A stretch of 46,260 bases of DNA, taken from positions 1 through 46,260 of the forward strand of contig JAKBAP010000001.1 in assembly GCA_021808995.1 (NCBI GenBank), given 5' to 3'. This document shows, in pieces, positions 36,679 through 45,984 of this stretch (within the stretch, counting starts at the first letter, position 1; every line of letters starts with the position of its first letter). Source of the DNA: Planctomycetota bacterium (GTDB lineage: Bacteria; Planctomycetota; Planctomycetia; Isosphaerales; Isosphaeraceae). Position numbers and translations under genes: made by a program. The notes below the pieces were generated by a model. That model was given only the letters and a program-made list of their open reading frames with translations, was not told where the DNA came from and ran no database searches.

Positions 36679-37097
36679 TCCGATCGACCTCCTGTCGTTC
36701 GGACGCCCATTCGGCCGACTGCCTGTTCCGGGGCCGACGTCCTGTCAGCCTGAAACACGATGAACCCATCATCTCGACGCCGGCGAACAAGCCCGACGAC
36801 CGTGGTCCGCGATTCGCGACCATGCGCCAAGAATGGCGCGAAGACATGGTGAGAAATGATGGTTTACTTCGTATACCGAATCCCGCGAGAGACGTGAAGG
36901 CCGATTTACAATGAAAATCAAAGGGACCGTCAAGATCCGCCGATCGGCGGCTTGTTGCAAAACCGGTGGAAACGCCGTCTAATACGGTTGAATGAAAGGA
37001 AGCCATGGCGATCCGTGACCGGCCGCGGCCGCCGAGGTTTCCCGTACCCCGCCGCGCCGGCGGGCGCGAGCACCCCACCCCAAGGAAATCCTCGACC

Positions 37098-37625
37098 ATG
37101 GCCGACGATCCGGCGCGTTACCCTAGACGTCAACTGATCACGGCCGCGGGCACCCTCGGCCTGGGCCTGGTCGCGACCGGATCAGCCGCCGCGCGGGAAG
37201 AGAGTGATTCACCCCGATCCAGGCGCATCAGCGAGGAAGCCGTCGTCGGAACCAGCGTCGTCAGGTCGCCCGATTACAGCGAAGCGAAAAAATACTCCCT
37301 GATCCACGTCCTCGAGCATGTCTTCCACCAGGACGAGGTCGTTGACTCCGGCTTTCCAGTCACCCGGACCAAGGACTTCACGATCAGTCCCGCCGTCAAG
37401 CTTGCCCTGGTCACGATGAGCGGCTTCGAGGTCTGGCTCGGCACGACGGAACAAGAGTACTACGCCGCCACGTCCCGGCTCGGGGTCCATGCCGCCCTTG
37501 AGGCCGATTTCGCCCGCCATGCGCTCACGGTCAAGGCCCGCGCGAACTACCGGTTCTGGGGAAAAGTCGACTGCGAGTGGACCTGGCGATGCCACGTCGT
37601 GGTCCACTGCCATGGCGAAGCCTGA
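37098..37625 (+). CDS. small Tat-exported hypothetical protein, paralog A (175 aa)
   Basis: Track ORF begins at 37005. ATG 37098 aligns residue-for-residue with paralog B. MADDPARYPRRQLITAAGTLGLGLVATGSAAA (RR motif, h-region, AxA), mature part ...SRRISEEAVVG...FPVTRTKDF...MSGFEVWLGTTEQEY...CEWTWRCHVVVHCHGEA. Confidence 0.8.
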   Translation: MADDPARYPRRQLITAAGTLGLGLVATGSAAAREESDSPRSRRISEEAVVGTSVVRSPDYSEAKKYSLIHVLEHVFHQDEVVDSGFPVTRTKDFTISPAVKLALVTMSGFEVWLGTTEQEYYAATSRLGVHAALEADFARHALTVKARANYRFWGKVDCEWTWRCHVVVHCHGEA

Positions 37626-37706
37626 TCCCCGCTCCGCTTGAAATCGCCCATCTGAAGCCCGAAAACACCACCCCAACCACGAAAACCCCGACCAGGACCA
37701 CCGACC

Positions 37707-38237
37707 ATGTCCAGCGATCCGTCGAAAGACAGCCGGCGAGATCTCCTCGCGGCGGCAAGCGCCCTCGGCCTGGGGGCGTTCCTGTCCGGGAACACCCAGG
37801 CGGCCCAGGACCGAACGCAATGGGTGCGATCCCGGAAAATCAGCGAGGAGGTCGTCGTCGGCAACAGCATCGCCAAGGCCCCCAATTACAAGGAAGGGGC
37901 GAAACTCTCCCTGATCCAGGTGATCGAGCACGTCTTCAAGCAAGACGAGGACACCGCCGCCGGCTACCCCGTGACCAGAACCAAGGAATTCAAGGTCAAG
38001 CCCACGACCAAGCTAGCGGTGGCGACACTGAGCGGTTTCGAGTTCTGGTTTGGCACCCCCGAGCAAGAATACATGTTCGCCAAGTCGCGCGAGGGAGTGA
38101 ACGCCGCCCTCGAGGCGGATCTCTCCCATGGCTCACTGACCCTCAAGCTCCGCGCGAACGCCAGGCGATCCAACCGCATCGACTACGAATGGACCTGGAG
38201 ATGCCACGTCGTGATCCAATGCTTTGGCGATGCGTGA
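37707..38237 (+). CDS. small Tat-exported hypothetical protein, paralog B (176 aa)
   Basis: MSSDPSKDSRRDLLAAASALGLGAFLSGNTQAA, then ...SRKISEEVVVG...YPVTRTKEF...LSGFEFWFGTPEQEY...YEWTWRCHVVIQCFGDA. The 3' ends of the two genes are also similar at nucleotide level (tggacctgg.gatgccacgtcgtg.tcca). Confidence 0.85.
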   Translation: MSSDPSKDSRRDLLAAASALGLGAFLSGNTQAAQDRTQWVRSRKISEEVVVGNSIAKAPNYKEGAKLSLIQVIEHVFKQDEDTAAGYPVTRTKEFKVKPTTKLAVATLSGFEFWFGTPEQEYMFAKSREGVNAALEADLSHGSLTLKLRANARRSNRIDYEWTWRCHVVIQCFGDA

Positions 38238-38251
38238 ACACCACCCCGAAC

Positions 38252-40021
38252 TCACGGCGCGTGCTTCAGGGCGCGGCGGACCAGTTCGGGAAGATAGCTC
38301 ACCGGAACCGTTCCCTGCGCCAGCACCGCGTCGTGAAACTGCTTCAGATTGAACCGAGCCCCAAGCTCGCCCTGGATCTCCTGCCGCAGCCGGTGAAACG
38401 CGACCCGGCCGGCGAAATACGTCGAAAGCTGACACGAGGTCTGCTTGGCCCGGATAATCTTGCCGATGGCCTCCCCCTCGGTTTGAAACGCGCGCTGCTG
38501 GAGCAGCTCCATCGCCTCGGCCTCGGTCATCGAGCCCACGTGCATCCGATGGTCCAGGATCGCGTTCACGACCGCTCGCAAGTAAAACTTGAGCTGCTGA
38601 AGCCGTAACGCGGGGTCGCCGGCGCCAAATCCCTGGTCCAACATCATCTGCTCGGTATAGACCGCCCAGCCCTCGGCGAAAACGCCCGAGGAGAGCACCC
38701 GGCGGATAAACGAGGGGCAGCGATTGGAATGCTCGAGCTGCACGTAATGGCCAGGATACGCTTCATGAATGGTCAAGATTTTGAGCATCCGTCGGTTATA
38801 CTCGCGCAGGAAGCTCTGAACCCGATCCGGCCGCCAATCGCGAGGCGGTGGGGAAAGCGCGTACTCGCTCGAGCCCCGAGGATCAAGCGGAGGGGCGGGG
38901 TTGAGATAGGCGACCGCGTTGCCCCGCATGAACTCCGGCATCGCGAGAATCCGGCACTGGTCGGGCTCGTGAAGGGTGACGATCCCATGGGAACGAATGA
39001 ATTCCTTGATCTCGTCAACCGTCCCCTTGATATCGGCGACCAGATGGTCGGCCTCGCCATGATCGTCGCCGATCTTGCTCAGCACCCGCGTGACCAGGCG
39101 CCGCCGACCCTCCGCGTCGTCCAAGGGGAACGGCTCCGACGGGAAATAGACCGCGAAAAGCTGCCGCGCGATCACCGCCATCTCGGTCTCGACCCGGGTC
39201 GCCTCGCGCTCAGCCTCGCCTAAGAGCTCGCCAGCCTCGATCCCGGAATCGAGCTCTAAGGCCAGCTTGCGTTCAAACAGGGGCCGGCCGATCCGCCACT
39301 CGCCACTCGCCCGGGGCAAGAGATCCTGCTTGAGATAAACCAGGTACTCGCCAAGCGCGTGCTTCACCCCGGCCGCCCGCTCCGCGAAAAGCCGATTCTC
39401 GACACCAACTCCCGCGATCGTCTGAAGCTCTCCTGAATAAAACGCGATCGCCCCCTCGGTCTGACGGATCGCCGTCTCGACCCGCACCCGCGAAGGATTC
39501 TTCAATGTCGCCCGCGCCACGTCCACGACCCCAGGAATTCGCTCCATTCGCTCGAGCACGTTCCCGACATTGATCGCCATCGGCAACGAAGACTGCGTGA
39601 GCGGCAAATACACGCTCTCACTCAAATAGTCGCCATAAATCCGTGGATCATCCTCGAAGGGATGAAACGTCTCGGCCAGCCAGATCGAGCGAATCAGGTG
39701 CTTCTCGAATATCTCAAGGTCAATCTGGCCGTCACGGGTCAGCTTGGAATAATCAACCTGCTTGCGCAACCCATCCAGCATCGCTCGATCATGCTCAATC
39801 CGCTTCGCGCGCGCGGTCGGCGAAAGATCGTCAAGCCGAGCGTCATACGCATGTTCACCCATACGCGTGGCCATGAGCGGCTCAAGCCGAAACGCCTCCT
39901 GAAGATAATCCCGAAAAACCCGGTCGAGCTTCTGGTCCTCGGATGCGGGCGCTTGAGCCGGGCCGAGGAGCATCATGCACGCAAGTGCCAGGAATCCGGA
40001 CCGCGTCGACATTTTAGGCAT
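38252..40021 (-). CDS. DUF885 family protein (putative metallopeptidase-like), secreted
   Basis: Track ORF extends to 40267. ATG 40021 gives MPKMSTRSGFLALACMMLLGPAQAPA (signal peptide). HEAYPGHYVQ motif typical of DUF885. Confidence 0.88.
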   Translation of the reverse strand: MPKMSTRSGFLALACMMLLGPAQAPASEDQKLDRVFRDYLQEAFRLEPLMATRMGEHAYDARLDDLSPTARAKRIEHDRAMLDGLRKQVDYSKLTRDGQIDLEIFEKHLIRSIWLAETFHPFEDDPRIYGDYLSESVYLPLTQSSLPMAINVGNVLERMERIPGVVDVARATLKNPSRVRVETAIRQTEGAIAFYSGELQTIAGVGVENRLFAERAAGVKHALGEYLVYLKQDLLPRASGEWRIGRPLFERKLALELDSGIEAGELLGEAEREATRVETEMAVIARQLFAVYFPSEPFPLDDAEGRRRLVTRVLSKIGDDHGEADHLVADIKGTVDEIKEFIRSHGIVTLHEPDQCRILAMPEFMRGNAVAYLNPAPPLDPRGSSEYALSPPPRDWRPDRVQSFLREYNRRMLKILTIHEAYPGHYVQLEHSNRCPSFIRRVLSSGVFAEGWAVYTEQMMLDQGFGAGDPALRLQQLKFYLRAVVNAILDHRMHVGSMTEAEAMELLQQRAFQTEGEAIGKIIRAKQTSCQLSTYFAGRVAFHRLRQEIQGELGARFNLKQFHDAVLAQGTVPVSYLPELVRRALKHAP

Positions 40022-40364
40022 GCCTTGAGAATTTCCCGTAGGACCGTGACGAAGGACGTCCAGCCACGGCAAGTGAAAAGGGTTGGGAATACCGAGCCTG
40101 ATCCCGGGCGGGGGTCTCGCGAGGCGATCACGCGCGTGAGGGTGGAGTTTCCGGCTGTGTTCCGCCGACGATTGGGGTATGATAGAGTGTCGGGGAGTGG
40201 AACGAAAGGGTCTTGCGAAAGCGGGCCGACACCCCCGCGTTGCGAACGAGCCTGGCGCGTGTGACAATAAAACCGAACTTCTGGCCGTCCGACGCCGCGG
40301 ATGGAATCGAGCGTTTCGATTCGTCTCGCGACTCCTCGGACGACGTCTTGGTCTAGACCGTAGA

Positions 40365-40958
40365 ATGTGCCAAGTGGTCCTGATCCGTCCTGGGGCGACG
40401 GCTTACGACGAACAAAATCGGGTTCAGGGGATCCTCGACATCCCCTTGAGCGAGCGAGGCCAAGGGGACGTGGCCGTCATGGCCGAGAGCCTGGCCCGGC
40501 TCGTCGACACCTCACCGCTTCGCGCGCTTTATTGCGGCCCTGGCGAGAGCGTGACGCGTACGGCCGAGATCGTGGGTCGATCTCTGGGCCTCCGGCCCAA
40601 GCGGATCGATGATCTGCGGAATCTTGACCACGGGCTGTGGCAGGGATTGCAGATCGACGAGATCAAACGGCGCAACACCAAGCTGTTTCGCCAGTGGATC
40701 GACGACCCGGAGACGATTTGCCCCCCCCTGGGCGAGACGGTCGATCGCGCCCGCGAGCGGATCAAATCGACCCTGAAACCGCTGATTCGGCGGCACCAGG
40801 GCGAGGCGATCGGGCTCGTGGTTGGCGAGCCACTGGCCCGCTTGGTCGCCTGTTTCCTCAAATGCCAGGCGCGGGTCCAGCTCGATGAGCCGCCGGTCGG
40901 TGCCTGCTTCGAGACGATCGAGATCGCCCCACCCCTCTTACGCAACGGAACGCACTAA
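40365..40958 (+). CDS. histidine phosphatase (PGM-like) superfamily homolog lacking both catalytic histidines
   Basis: [32 protein letters not shown]... aligns to the l.LiRHGeT...QG..D.pLs..G pattern, but RHG is RPG (cgt cct ggg). The later VsHGg position reads VVGEPL. The rest of the fold signature is present ([25 protein letters not shown]). Confidence 0.75.
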   Translation: MCQVVLIRPGATAYDEQNRVQGILDIPLSERGQGDVAVMAESLARLVDTSPLRALYCGPGESVTRTAEIVGRSLGLRPKRIDDLRNLDHGLWQGLQIDEIKRRNTKLFRQWIDDPETICPPLGETVDRARERIKSTLKPLIRRHQGEAIGLVVGEPLARLVACFLKCQARVQLDEPPVGACFETIEIAPPLLRNGTH

Positions 40959-41013
40959 CAGACGCCGCGACCGGATCGCGAGCGGATCACGTGAGCACGA
41001 AAGGAGCGACGTC

Positions 41014-41862
41014 ATGGCGTCGCGGGAAGGACGAGCCCCAAACGCCTGGCACGGGCACTTCGAGCCCAAGCGCGTCCCCGAGGGGGTCTGGATGCGCTGC
41101 GAGGGCTGCCGCGCGACCCTCTTCCGAAAGGAAGTCGAGGAAAACCTCTCCGTCTGCCCCGAGTGCAATCACCATTTCTCCCTCTCCGCCCCCGACCGCA
41201 TCGCCCAGCTCGTCGATCCCGATACCTTCGAGGAATGGCACGCCGACCTGTCACCCCAGGACCCCTTGGGCTTCAACGACCGGCGCCCCTATCCCGAACG
41301 AATCAAGGCCGAGCAAGAACGCACCGGCCTCACCGAGGCCGCCCTGGTCGGCCAGGGCTACATCAAGGGAATTCGCATCGTACTCGGCATCACCGATAGC
41401 AATTTCATCATGGGGAGCATGGGCTCCGTCGTCGGCGAAAAACTCACCCGAGCCATCGAACAAGCAACCCTCGAGCGACTCCCACTCGTTATCGTCTCCG
41501 GCTCCGGCGGCGGAGCGCGAATGCACGAGGGAATCTTTTCCCTCATGCAAATGGCCAAGGTCTCGACCGCCCTCGGTCGATTCCACGTCTCCGGCGGCCT
41601 CTATCTGTCGATCCTCACCCACCCCACCATGGGTGGGGTCGCGGCCAGCTTCGCCTCGCTCGGCGATTTCATCATCGCCGAGCCCAAGGCCCTGATCGGA
41701 TTCGCCGGCCCCCGCGTCATCGAGCAGACGGTCCGAGTGCAGCTCCCCAGCGGATTCCAGACCAGCGAATTCTTGCTCGAACACGGCTTCATCGACCGCA
41801 TCGCCCACCGCCGCGACCTCCGCAGCACCATCGCCCAGTTGATCGATTACACCACCCCTTGA
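41014..41862 (+). CDS. accD: acetyl-CoA carboxylase carboxyltransferase beta subunit
   Basis: AAGGAG 7 nt upstream of ATG 41014. Zn ribbon [26 protein letters not shown]. Carboxyltransferase body ([19 protein letters not shown]). Confidence 0.93.
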   Translation: MASREGRAPNAWHGHFEPKRVPEGVWMRCEGCRATLFRKEVEENLSVCPECNHHFSLSAPDRIAQLVDPDTFEEWHADLSPQDPLGFNDRRPYPERIKAEQERTGLTEAALVGQGYIKGIRIVLGITDSNFIMGSMGSVVGEKLTRAIEQATLERLPLVIVSGSGGGARMHEGIFSLMQMAKVSTALGRFHVSGGLYLSILTHPTMGGVAASFASLGDFIIAEPKALIGFAGPRVIEQTVRVQLPSGFQTSEFLLEHGFIDRIAHRRDLRSTIAQLIDYTTP

Positions 41863-42617
41863 CCCCCGCGAATCAGCTCGAGTAACCGGTTATCGTGCGG
41901 AAACGGATGCCCACGATACTGGCGGAAACCCTCCGCGTGGGCGACCCCAATCTCACTCCCACGGGTCGCGCTCCATTTCTCCTGGACCGCCAGGTATTCA
42001 TCCATCCCATGCTGACGCATGAGCCATTCGCGCTGGCTCGCGTGGCAGGCGAGCATCGAGCGCTTGGTCTCGAAAACCCGGCTGACCTCGATGTGGAAAT
42101 CGGGAACGACCGGCCGCCCCTCGCGATCCACTCCCATCAGCGGGTCCACGAAATAGAGATAGGGAATCCTGGTCATCGGGGCCGCCGGCGACCACTGCCG
42201 GGTCACGTAATTCGGGCACGACGCCGCGAAACAGGCGTCGCGAACCAAGAGACTGGTCATCTCGTGATCGGCGATGTAATCGACCGGCGGGGCGGTGAGA
42301 ATCACATCGGGGGCGACCTTGCGAATGGCCTCCACGACGCGCCGACGCGATTCGTCGTCGTTGAAGATGGCGAGGTCGCGAAATTCAAGACAGAAATACT
42401 CGGCCCCGATCAGCGCCGCCGCGGCCCGCCCTTCCTCGCGACGAATCGCCGAGATCGCGGCCGCGTCATGCTGGGCGCTGCCGCAATCGCCGGGGGTCAT
42501 CGTCGCGATCGTCACCCGGTGCCCCGCCTCGCGCAATAACACCAGAGTGCCCGCGCACTGAAACTCGACATCGTCGGGATGCGCGTGAATCGCCAGAATG
42601 GTCGCCAACTCCGACAT
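41847..42617 (-). CDS. PIG-L/LmbE family deacetylase
   Basis: ATG 42617 gives [25 protein letters not shown] (AHPDD motif). 256 aa. 3' end overlaps accD by 16 nt (convergent). Confidence 0.88.
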   Translation of the reverse strand: MSELATILAIHAHPDDVEFQCAGTLVLLREAGHRVTIATMTPGDCGSAQHDAAAISAIRREEGRAAAALIGAEYFCLEFRDLAIFNDDESRRRVVEAIRKVAPDVILTAPPVDYIADHEMTSLLVRDACFAASCPNYVTRQWSPAAPMTRIPYLYFVDPLMGVDREGRPVVPDFHIEVSRVFETKRSMLACHASQREWLMRQHGMDEYLAVQEKWSATRGSEIGVAHAEGFRQYRGHPFPHDNRLLELIRGGQGVV

Positions 42618-42704
42618 GGGATGCCCTCGCTCAAATTGCCCTGAGGTGCTCGCGAAAAAGAGCGTACGCGACCTCAAGTCGAGCCACAAGGGATCGTCGT
42701 CCAA

Positions 42705-42962
42705 TCAAGAGCCGGGTTCAGGGAGCAAGACATTCATGAGCTTGTAGACCTCGCTACACGGGTTTTGGGCCTCGGGAAGCTCCCCTCGTTCGATCCCCGG
42801 CTTCCGGAGCTTCTCGGCTCGCCGACTGGCATCGTGGACGCGATCAACGATTTTGCTGAAATCAAACGAGCCCTTGTCATCTCCAGGAAGGTGCTTCCTG
42901 AGGGATCTGACTGTTTGAGCGCACTCGTGGGTCGACGAGGCCCTCTCCACAAAGTGGAGCAA
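42705..42962 (-). CDS. small hypothetical protein (85-96 aa), start uncertain
   Basis: TTG-initiated ORF, with the frame open upstream to 42998. Coding-like but reduced GC3. No ATG, no clear SD, no family recognised. Sits between the PIG-L gene and the lexA promoter region. Confidence 0.3.
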   Translation of the reverse strand: MLHFVERASSTHECAQTVRSLRKHLPGDDKGSFDFSKIVDRVHDASRRAEKLRKPGIERGELPEAQNPCSEVYKLMNVLLPEPGS

Positions 42963-43095
42963 GAGCCAGTATTCAAAGCAGATCGTTGAGACCGCCAGCT
43001 AGACGCCATGGGCACTATACCGTGGAGCCGACTTGTCGTCCTCGCGGACGATCAAGACGCGCTTCGGGAGATCGCGCGCGGTCTTGGTGGCCGCG

Positions 43096-43162
43096 AAAAA
43101 AAATAAAAAATGTTCTCGCGTGCGCTAGACAACCACTGTACATTAGCAATCAAAGAGCCAGT
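43096..43162. promoter_or_regulatory. lexA upstream control region: A-tract plus short dyads
   Basis: aaaaaaaataaaaaa (43096-43110), then TGTTCtcgcgtgcgctaGACAaccacTGTACAttagcaat. This is the only strongly AT-rich stretch in the 217-bp gap before lexA. No promoter hexamers or complete known LexA box could be assigned. Confidence 0.3.
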
Positions 43163-43233
43163 AGATGGTTGCCCTGCTCGTCGCGACCTGGGGCGACCAG
43201 GATCCTTCGCAAACCCCGGAAAGGGAGCAACGC

Positions 43234-43839
43234 ATGGCCGACCTTGAGGCACTGACCCCCCGTCAGCGTGATATTTACACATTCATCCGGACCAAGATCC
43301 AGGGCCGCGGCTATGGTCCGACGGTTCGCGAGATTGGGCTCAACTTTCAGATCAAGAGCCCTAACGGCGTGATGTGCCACCTGAAGGCCCTCCAGAAGAA
43401 GGGGCTGATCCATCGCGAGCCCAACATGTCGCGTGCGATTCAGCTCCTTGAGGACCCGGTGAACGCGCATCGGATGGGGCTCAAGCTGATCGGCCGGATC
43501 GCGGCCGGCCAGCCGATCGAGGCGATCGAGCAGAGCGAGGAGCTGTCGTTCAGCGACTGGATCGAGCCGGGCGACAAATTCGCGCTTCGGGTCACAGGCG
43601 AATCCATGATCGACGCCCACATCGCCGATGGCGATTTCGTCGTCATCCGCCGTCAGGAGCAAGCTCGCGACGGCCAGATCGTCGCCGTGCGCGACGACGA
43701 CGGCGAGGCCACTCTCAAGAAATACTACCGCGAGCGCAATCGTGTGCGGCTCGAGCCGGCCAACAAGGCGATGAAGCCGATCTACCGCGATCGGGTCAGC
43801 ATTCTGGGCGTGCTGGTGGGTGTTGTGCGAAAATACTGA
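43234..43839 (+). CDS. lexA: LexA repressor
   Basis: AAGGGAG 6 nt upstream of ATG 43234. wHTH N-domain (LTPRQRDIYTFIRTKIQGRGYGPTVREIG), cleavage site GRIAAGQPIEA, catalytic VTGESM and LKKYY. Confidence 0.95.
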   Translation: MADLEALTPRQRDIYTFIRTKIQGRGYGPTVREIGLNFQIKSPNGVMCHLKALQKKGLIHREPNMSRAIQLLEDPVNAHRMGLKLIGRIAAGQPIEAIEQSEELSFSDWIEPGDKFALRVTGESMIDAHIADGDFVVIRRQEQARDGQIVAVRDDDGEATLKKYYRERNRVRLEPANKAMKPIYRDRVSILGVLVGVVRKY

Positions 43840-43894
43840 TCGGGGGCCGCGACCGGCCCGATCGATTTTTCGCGAACCCAACGAGACGTCTTCC

Positions 43895-44380
43895 ATGGGA
43901 ACGGACTCCAAGGATCATCCCGATTTCGTGCGGCTTTACACCGACGGCGCATGCAGTGGCAATCCCGGCCCTGGGGGGTGGGCGTTCATCCTCGACCACC
44001 CCGCGACGGGCGAGCGCAGAAAAGAGGCCGGCGCGGAGCGGCATACGACCAATAACCGCATGGAGCTCATGGGCGTTATTGAGGGGCTCGCCGTCCTCAA
44101 GCGCCCTTGCCAGGTCGAAATCGTGACCGACAGCCAGTACGTGGCCAAGGGGATGAGCGAATGGATGCCCAACTGGAAACGACAGGGCTGGAATCGCAAG
44201 GAAAAAGGCGTTCTCAAGCCGGTCATGAACGTCGACCTCTGGCAACGGCTCGACGGCTTGCTTGTCGGCCACCGCGTCAGCGTCACCCACGTCCTGGGCC
44301 ACCGTGGCCACGTGGAAAACGAGGAATGCGATCGCATGGCCGTCCAGGCCTATAAGGACATGGTCCGAAACCCCGGCTGA
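43895..44380 (+). CDS. rnhA: ribonuclease HI
   Basis: VRLYTDGACSGNPGPGGWAFIL, TTNNRMELMGV, IVTDSQYV, GHRGHVENEECDRMA (DEDD catalytic residues in context). 161 aa from ATG 43895. Confidence 0.92.
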   Translation: MGTDSKDHPDFVRLYTDGACSGNPGPGGWAFILDHPATGERRKEAGAERHTTNNRMELMGVIEGLAVLKRPCQVEIVTDSQYVAKGMSEWMPNWKRQGWNRKEKGVLKPVMNVDLWQRLDGLLVGHRVSVTHVLGHRGHVENEECDRMAVQAYKDMVRNPG

Positions 44381-44457
44381 GCGGTTGCGGGAGCGAGGTT
44401 GATCGGCCCTCCTGGAGAACCCTCGCACACCAGGAAGCACCTTGTTCGGCCGCGGGT

Positions 44458-45984
44458 TCAGACCAGTCTCGAAAGCGCCTCCCGGGCCTGGATGATCAGC
44501 GGGCTGTCGGGGGTTTTCGAGCCTGGGAATTGAGACATGGCGGCGGCGATCATGGGGGCCTGCCAGGCTCGATCGGTCGAGGCGATAGCCTCTTCACAGA
44601 GGGCGGCGGCGTATTTGTAGTCGTGGCTGTCTCGTCCCTTGCGAAAGATCAGGCTTCGTGCCGCCGCGAAGACCTGGCCCGTCGAGCCCCCTCGGGCCAC
44701 GTAATCGAGGGCGAGCCCGCCGGCCTTCTTGCGATCGCTCGAGACGGCCTCGAAAATCGCGGCGACCGCGTCATCGCCGGGCGTGGGGCCGTGGCCCGCG
44801 GGTTCTAGACTGTCGATCGCGACGGGGTTCGTGGGCTTGGTTCGGTCGCGGTACATCGGCTGCCAACCGACCGCTTGCAAGAGGGCGAGCTTGCGGGTGG
44901 TGTCGTCGCCGCATGAATTGTAGATATAATGAAGCGAGTTACTCGCGGTTGTCGCGTGGAGGGCGATGATTCCGGGGCTGTTCATGAGCAGCTCGCTGGC
45001 CGAGAGCATGACCGAGTCCCAGATTGAGCCGGGCGAGACGCCCCGATTGAGCATCCTGGCGGCCTCGGCCGAGGCGGCTTCGGGGGTGGCGTGGCGGAGC
45101 GTTTCGAGCATGCCTTTGGTCGCGCCGGCGTCGTCCTTGCCCATCATCCAGTCGGGTCCGAGTTTGGATGCCGTCTCGAGATTCGCCTGGTAAGGTCCGA
45201 CGGGTTGGGGCGACGCGCCGCCCATCCCGCCAAGGTCGAGCAGGGCATAGGCCACCGAACGGAGGACCGGCTCGGCGTGCGCCCAACCGATCGTTTGCAG
45301 AGTCCGCCAGCTCTGCGCGGCGAAGATCGCCTTGTGCCCGATGTCTCGCTGATCGCGCACGGCCATCCGCCAGAGCGGCTCCATCGCCGCGGCCGACCCC
45401 AAGGATCGGACGAGCGAGCTCACCGCGCGGTCGGCTCCCTCGGTATCCCAGCGCTCCATGGCGCGGAAAAACTCCTCGCGCGCCTGGCCTGGTTTGGGGA
45501 GTTGGTTCGACGGCGGTGCTAACGCCCAGTCGCCTTCCTTGACATCCTGGGCCTGTGACGACTTGAAATTGTCAAACGCCCAGAACAAGGGCAAAAGCCG
45601 GTCCTGGGGCGGAGCCGCGATCGCCAGCTCGTGCGCTGAGTTCATCACCATGACCGCGTGGAATTTGAAGCCCACCGGGCGCGGTTGGATGTTACGAATG
45701 CCCGCCAGGAACAGCCCCGCCAGCAGCTCCTTGTACGAAAGCCCCGCCTTCAGCCTGTCGACCGCGATGGCGATGACCCGGTCGCGCGGGGTTTCCTCGA
45801 TCATCCGCACGATGGGCTCGATCTCGGGGCGGAATCGCACCATCTCGGGCGTCACGCGGGCGTCCTGGCTCGAACGAGGGCTGATCCGCGCGAGCGCGGG
45901 CCAGGGCGCGAGCTCCGCTCCCACGCCCAGCGCGGCCGCGGTGCCCAGGAACCGACGACGCGGCATCGATCGCTTGGATTTCAT
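44458..45984 (-). CDS. Tat-signal hypothetical protein (508 aa)
   Basis: ATG 45984 gives MKSKRSMPRRRFLGTAAALGVGAELAPWPALA (twin-arginine signal). Largely helical-looking body, no family recognised. Confidence 0.8.
   Translation of the reverse strand: MKSKRSMPRRRFLGTAAALGVGAELAPWPALARISPRSSQDARVTPEMVRFRPEIEPIVRMIEETPRDRVIAIAVDRLKAGLSYKELLAGLFLAGIRNIQPRPVGFKFHAVMVMNSAHELAIAAPPQDRLLPLFWAFDNFKSSQAQDVKEGDWALAPPSNQLPKPGQAREEFFRAMERWDTEGADRAVSSLVRSLGSAAAMEPLWRMAVRDQRDIGHKAIFAAQSWRTLQTIGWAHAEPVLRSVAYALLDLGGMGGASPQPVGPYQANLETASKLGPDWMMGKDDAGATKGMLETLRHATPEAASAEAARMLNRGVSPGSIWDSVMLSASELLMNSPGIIALHATTASNSLHYIYNSCGDDTTRKLALLQAVGWQPMYRDRTKPTNPVAIDSLEPAGHGPTPGDDAVAAIFEAVSSDRKKAGGLALDYVARGGSTGQVFAAARSLIFRKGRDSHDYKYAAALCEEAIASTDRAWQAPMIAAAMSQFPGSKTPDSPLIIQAREALSRLV

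Noticed and set aside
35068-36753. 561-aa plus-strand ORF
   Set aside because: It is antisense to the TolC-family gene, which has a strong SD, a signal sequence and OEP repeats. The plus-frame product is low-complexity R/G/L/D.
36911-36982. 23-codon mini-ORF (MKIKGTVKIRRSAACCKTGGNAV) in the divergent spacer
   Set aside because: It has no SD and is too short to evaluate, so it is probably a chance ORF in an AT-richer promoter region.
43150-43911. 253-aa minus-strand ORF
   Set aside because: It is antisense to lexA, whose wHTH, cleavage site and catalytic Ser/Lys are all present on the plus strand.
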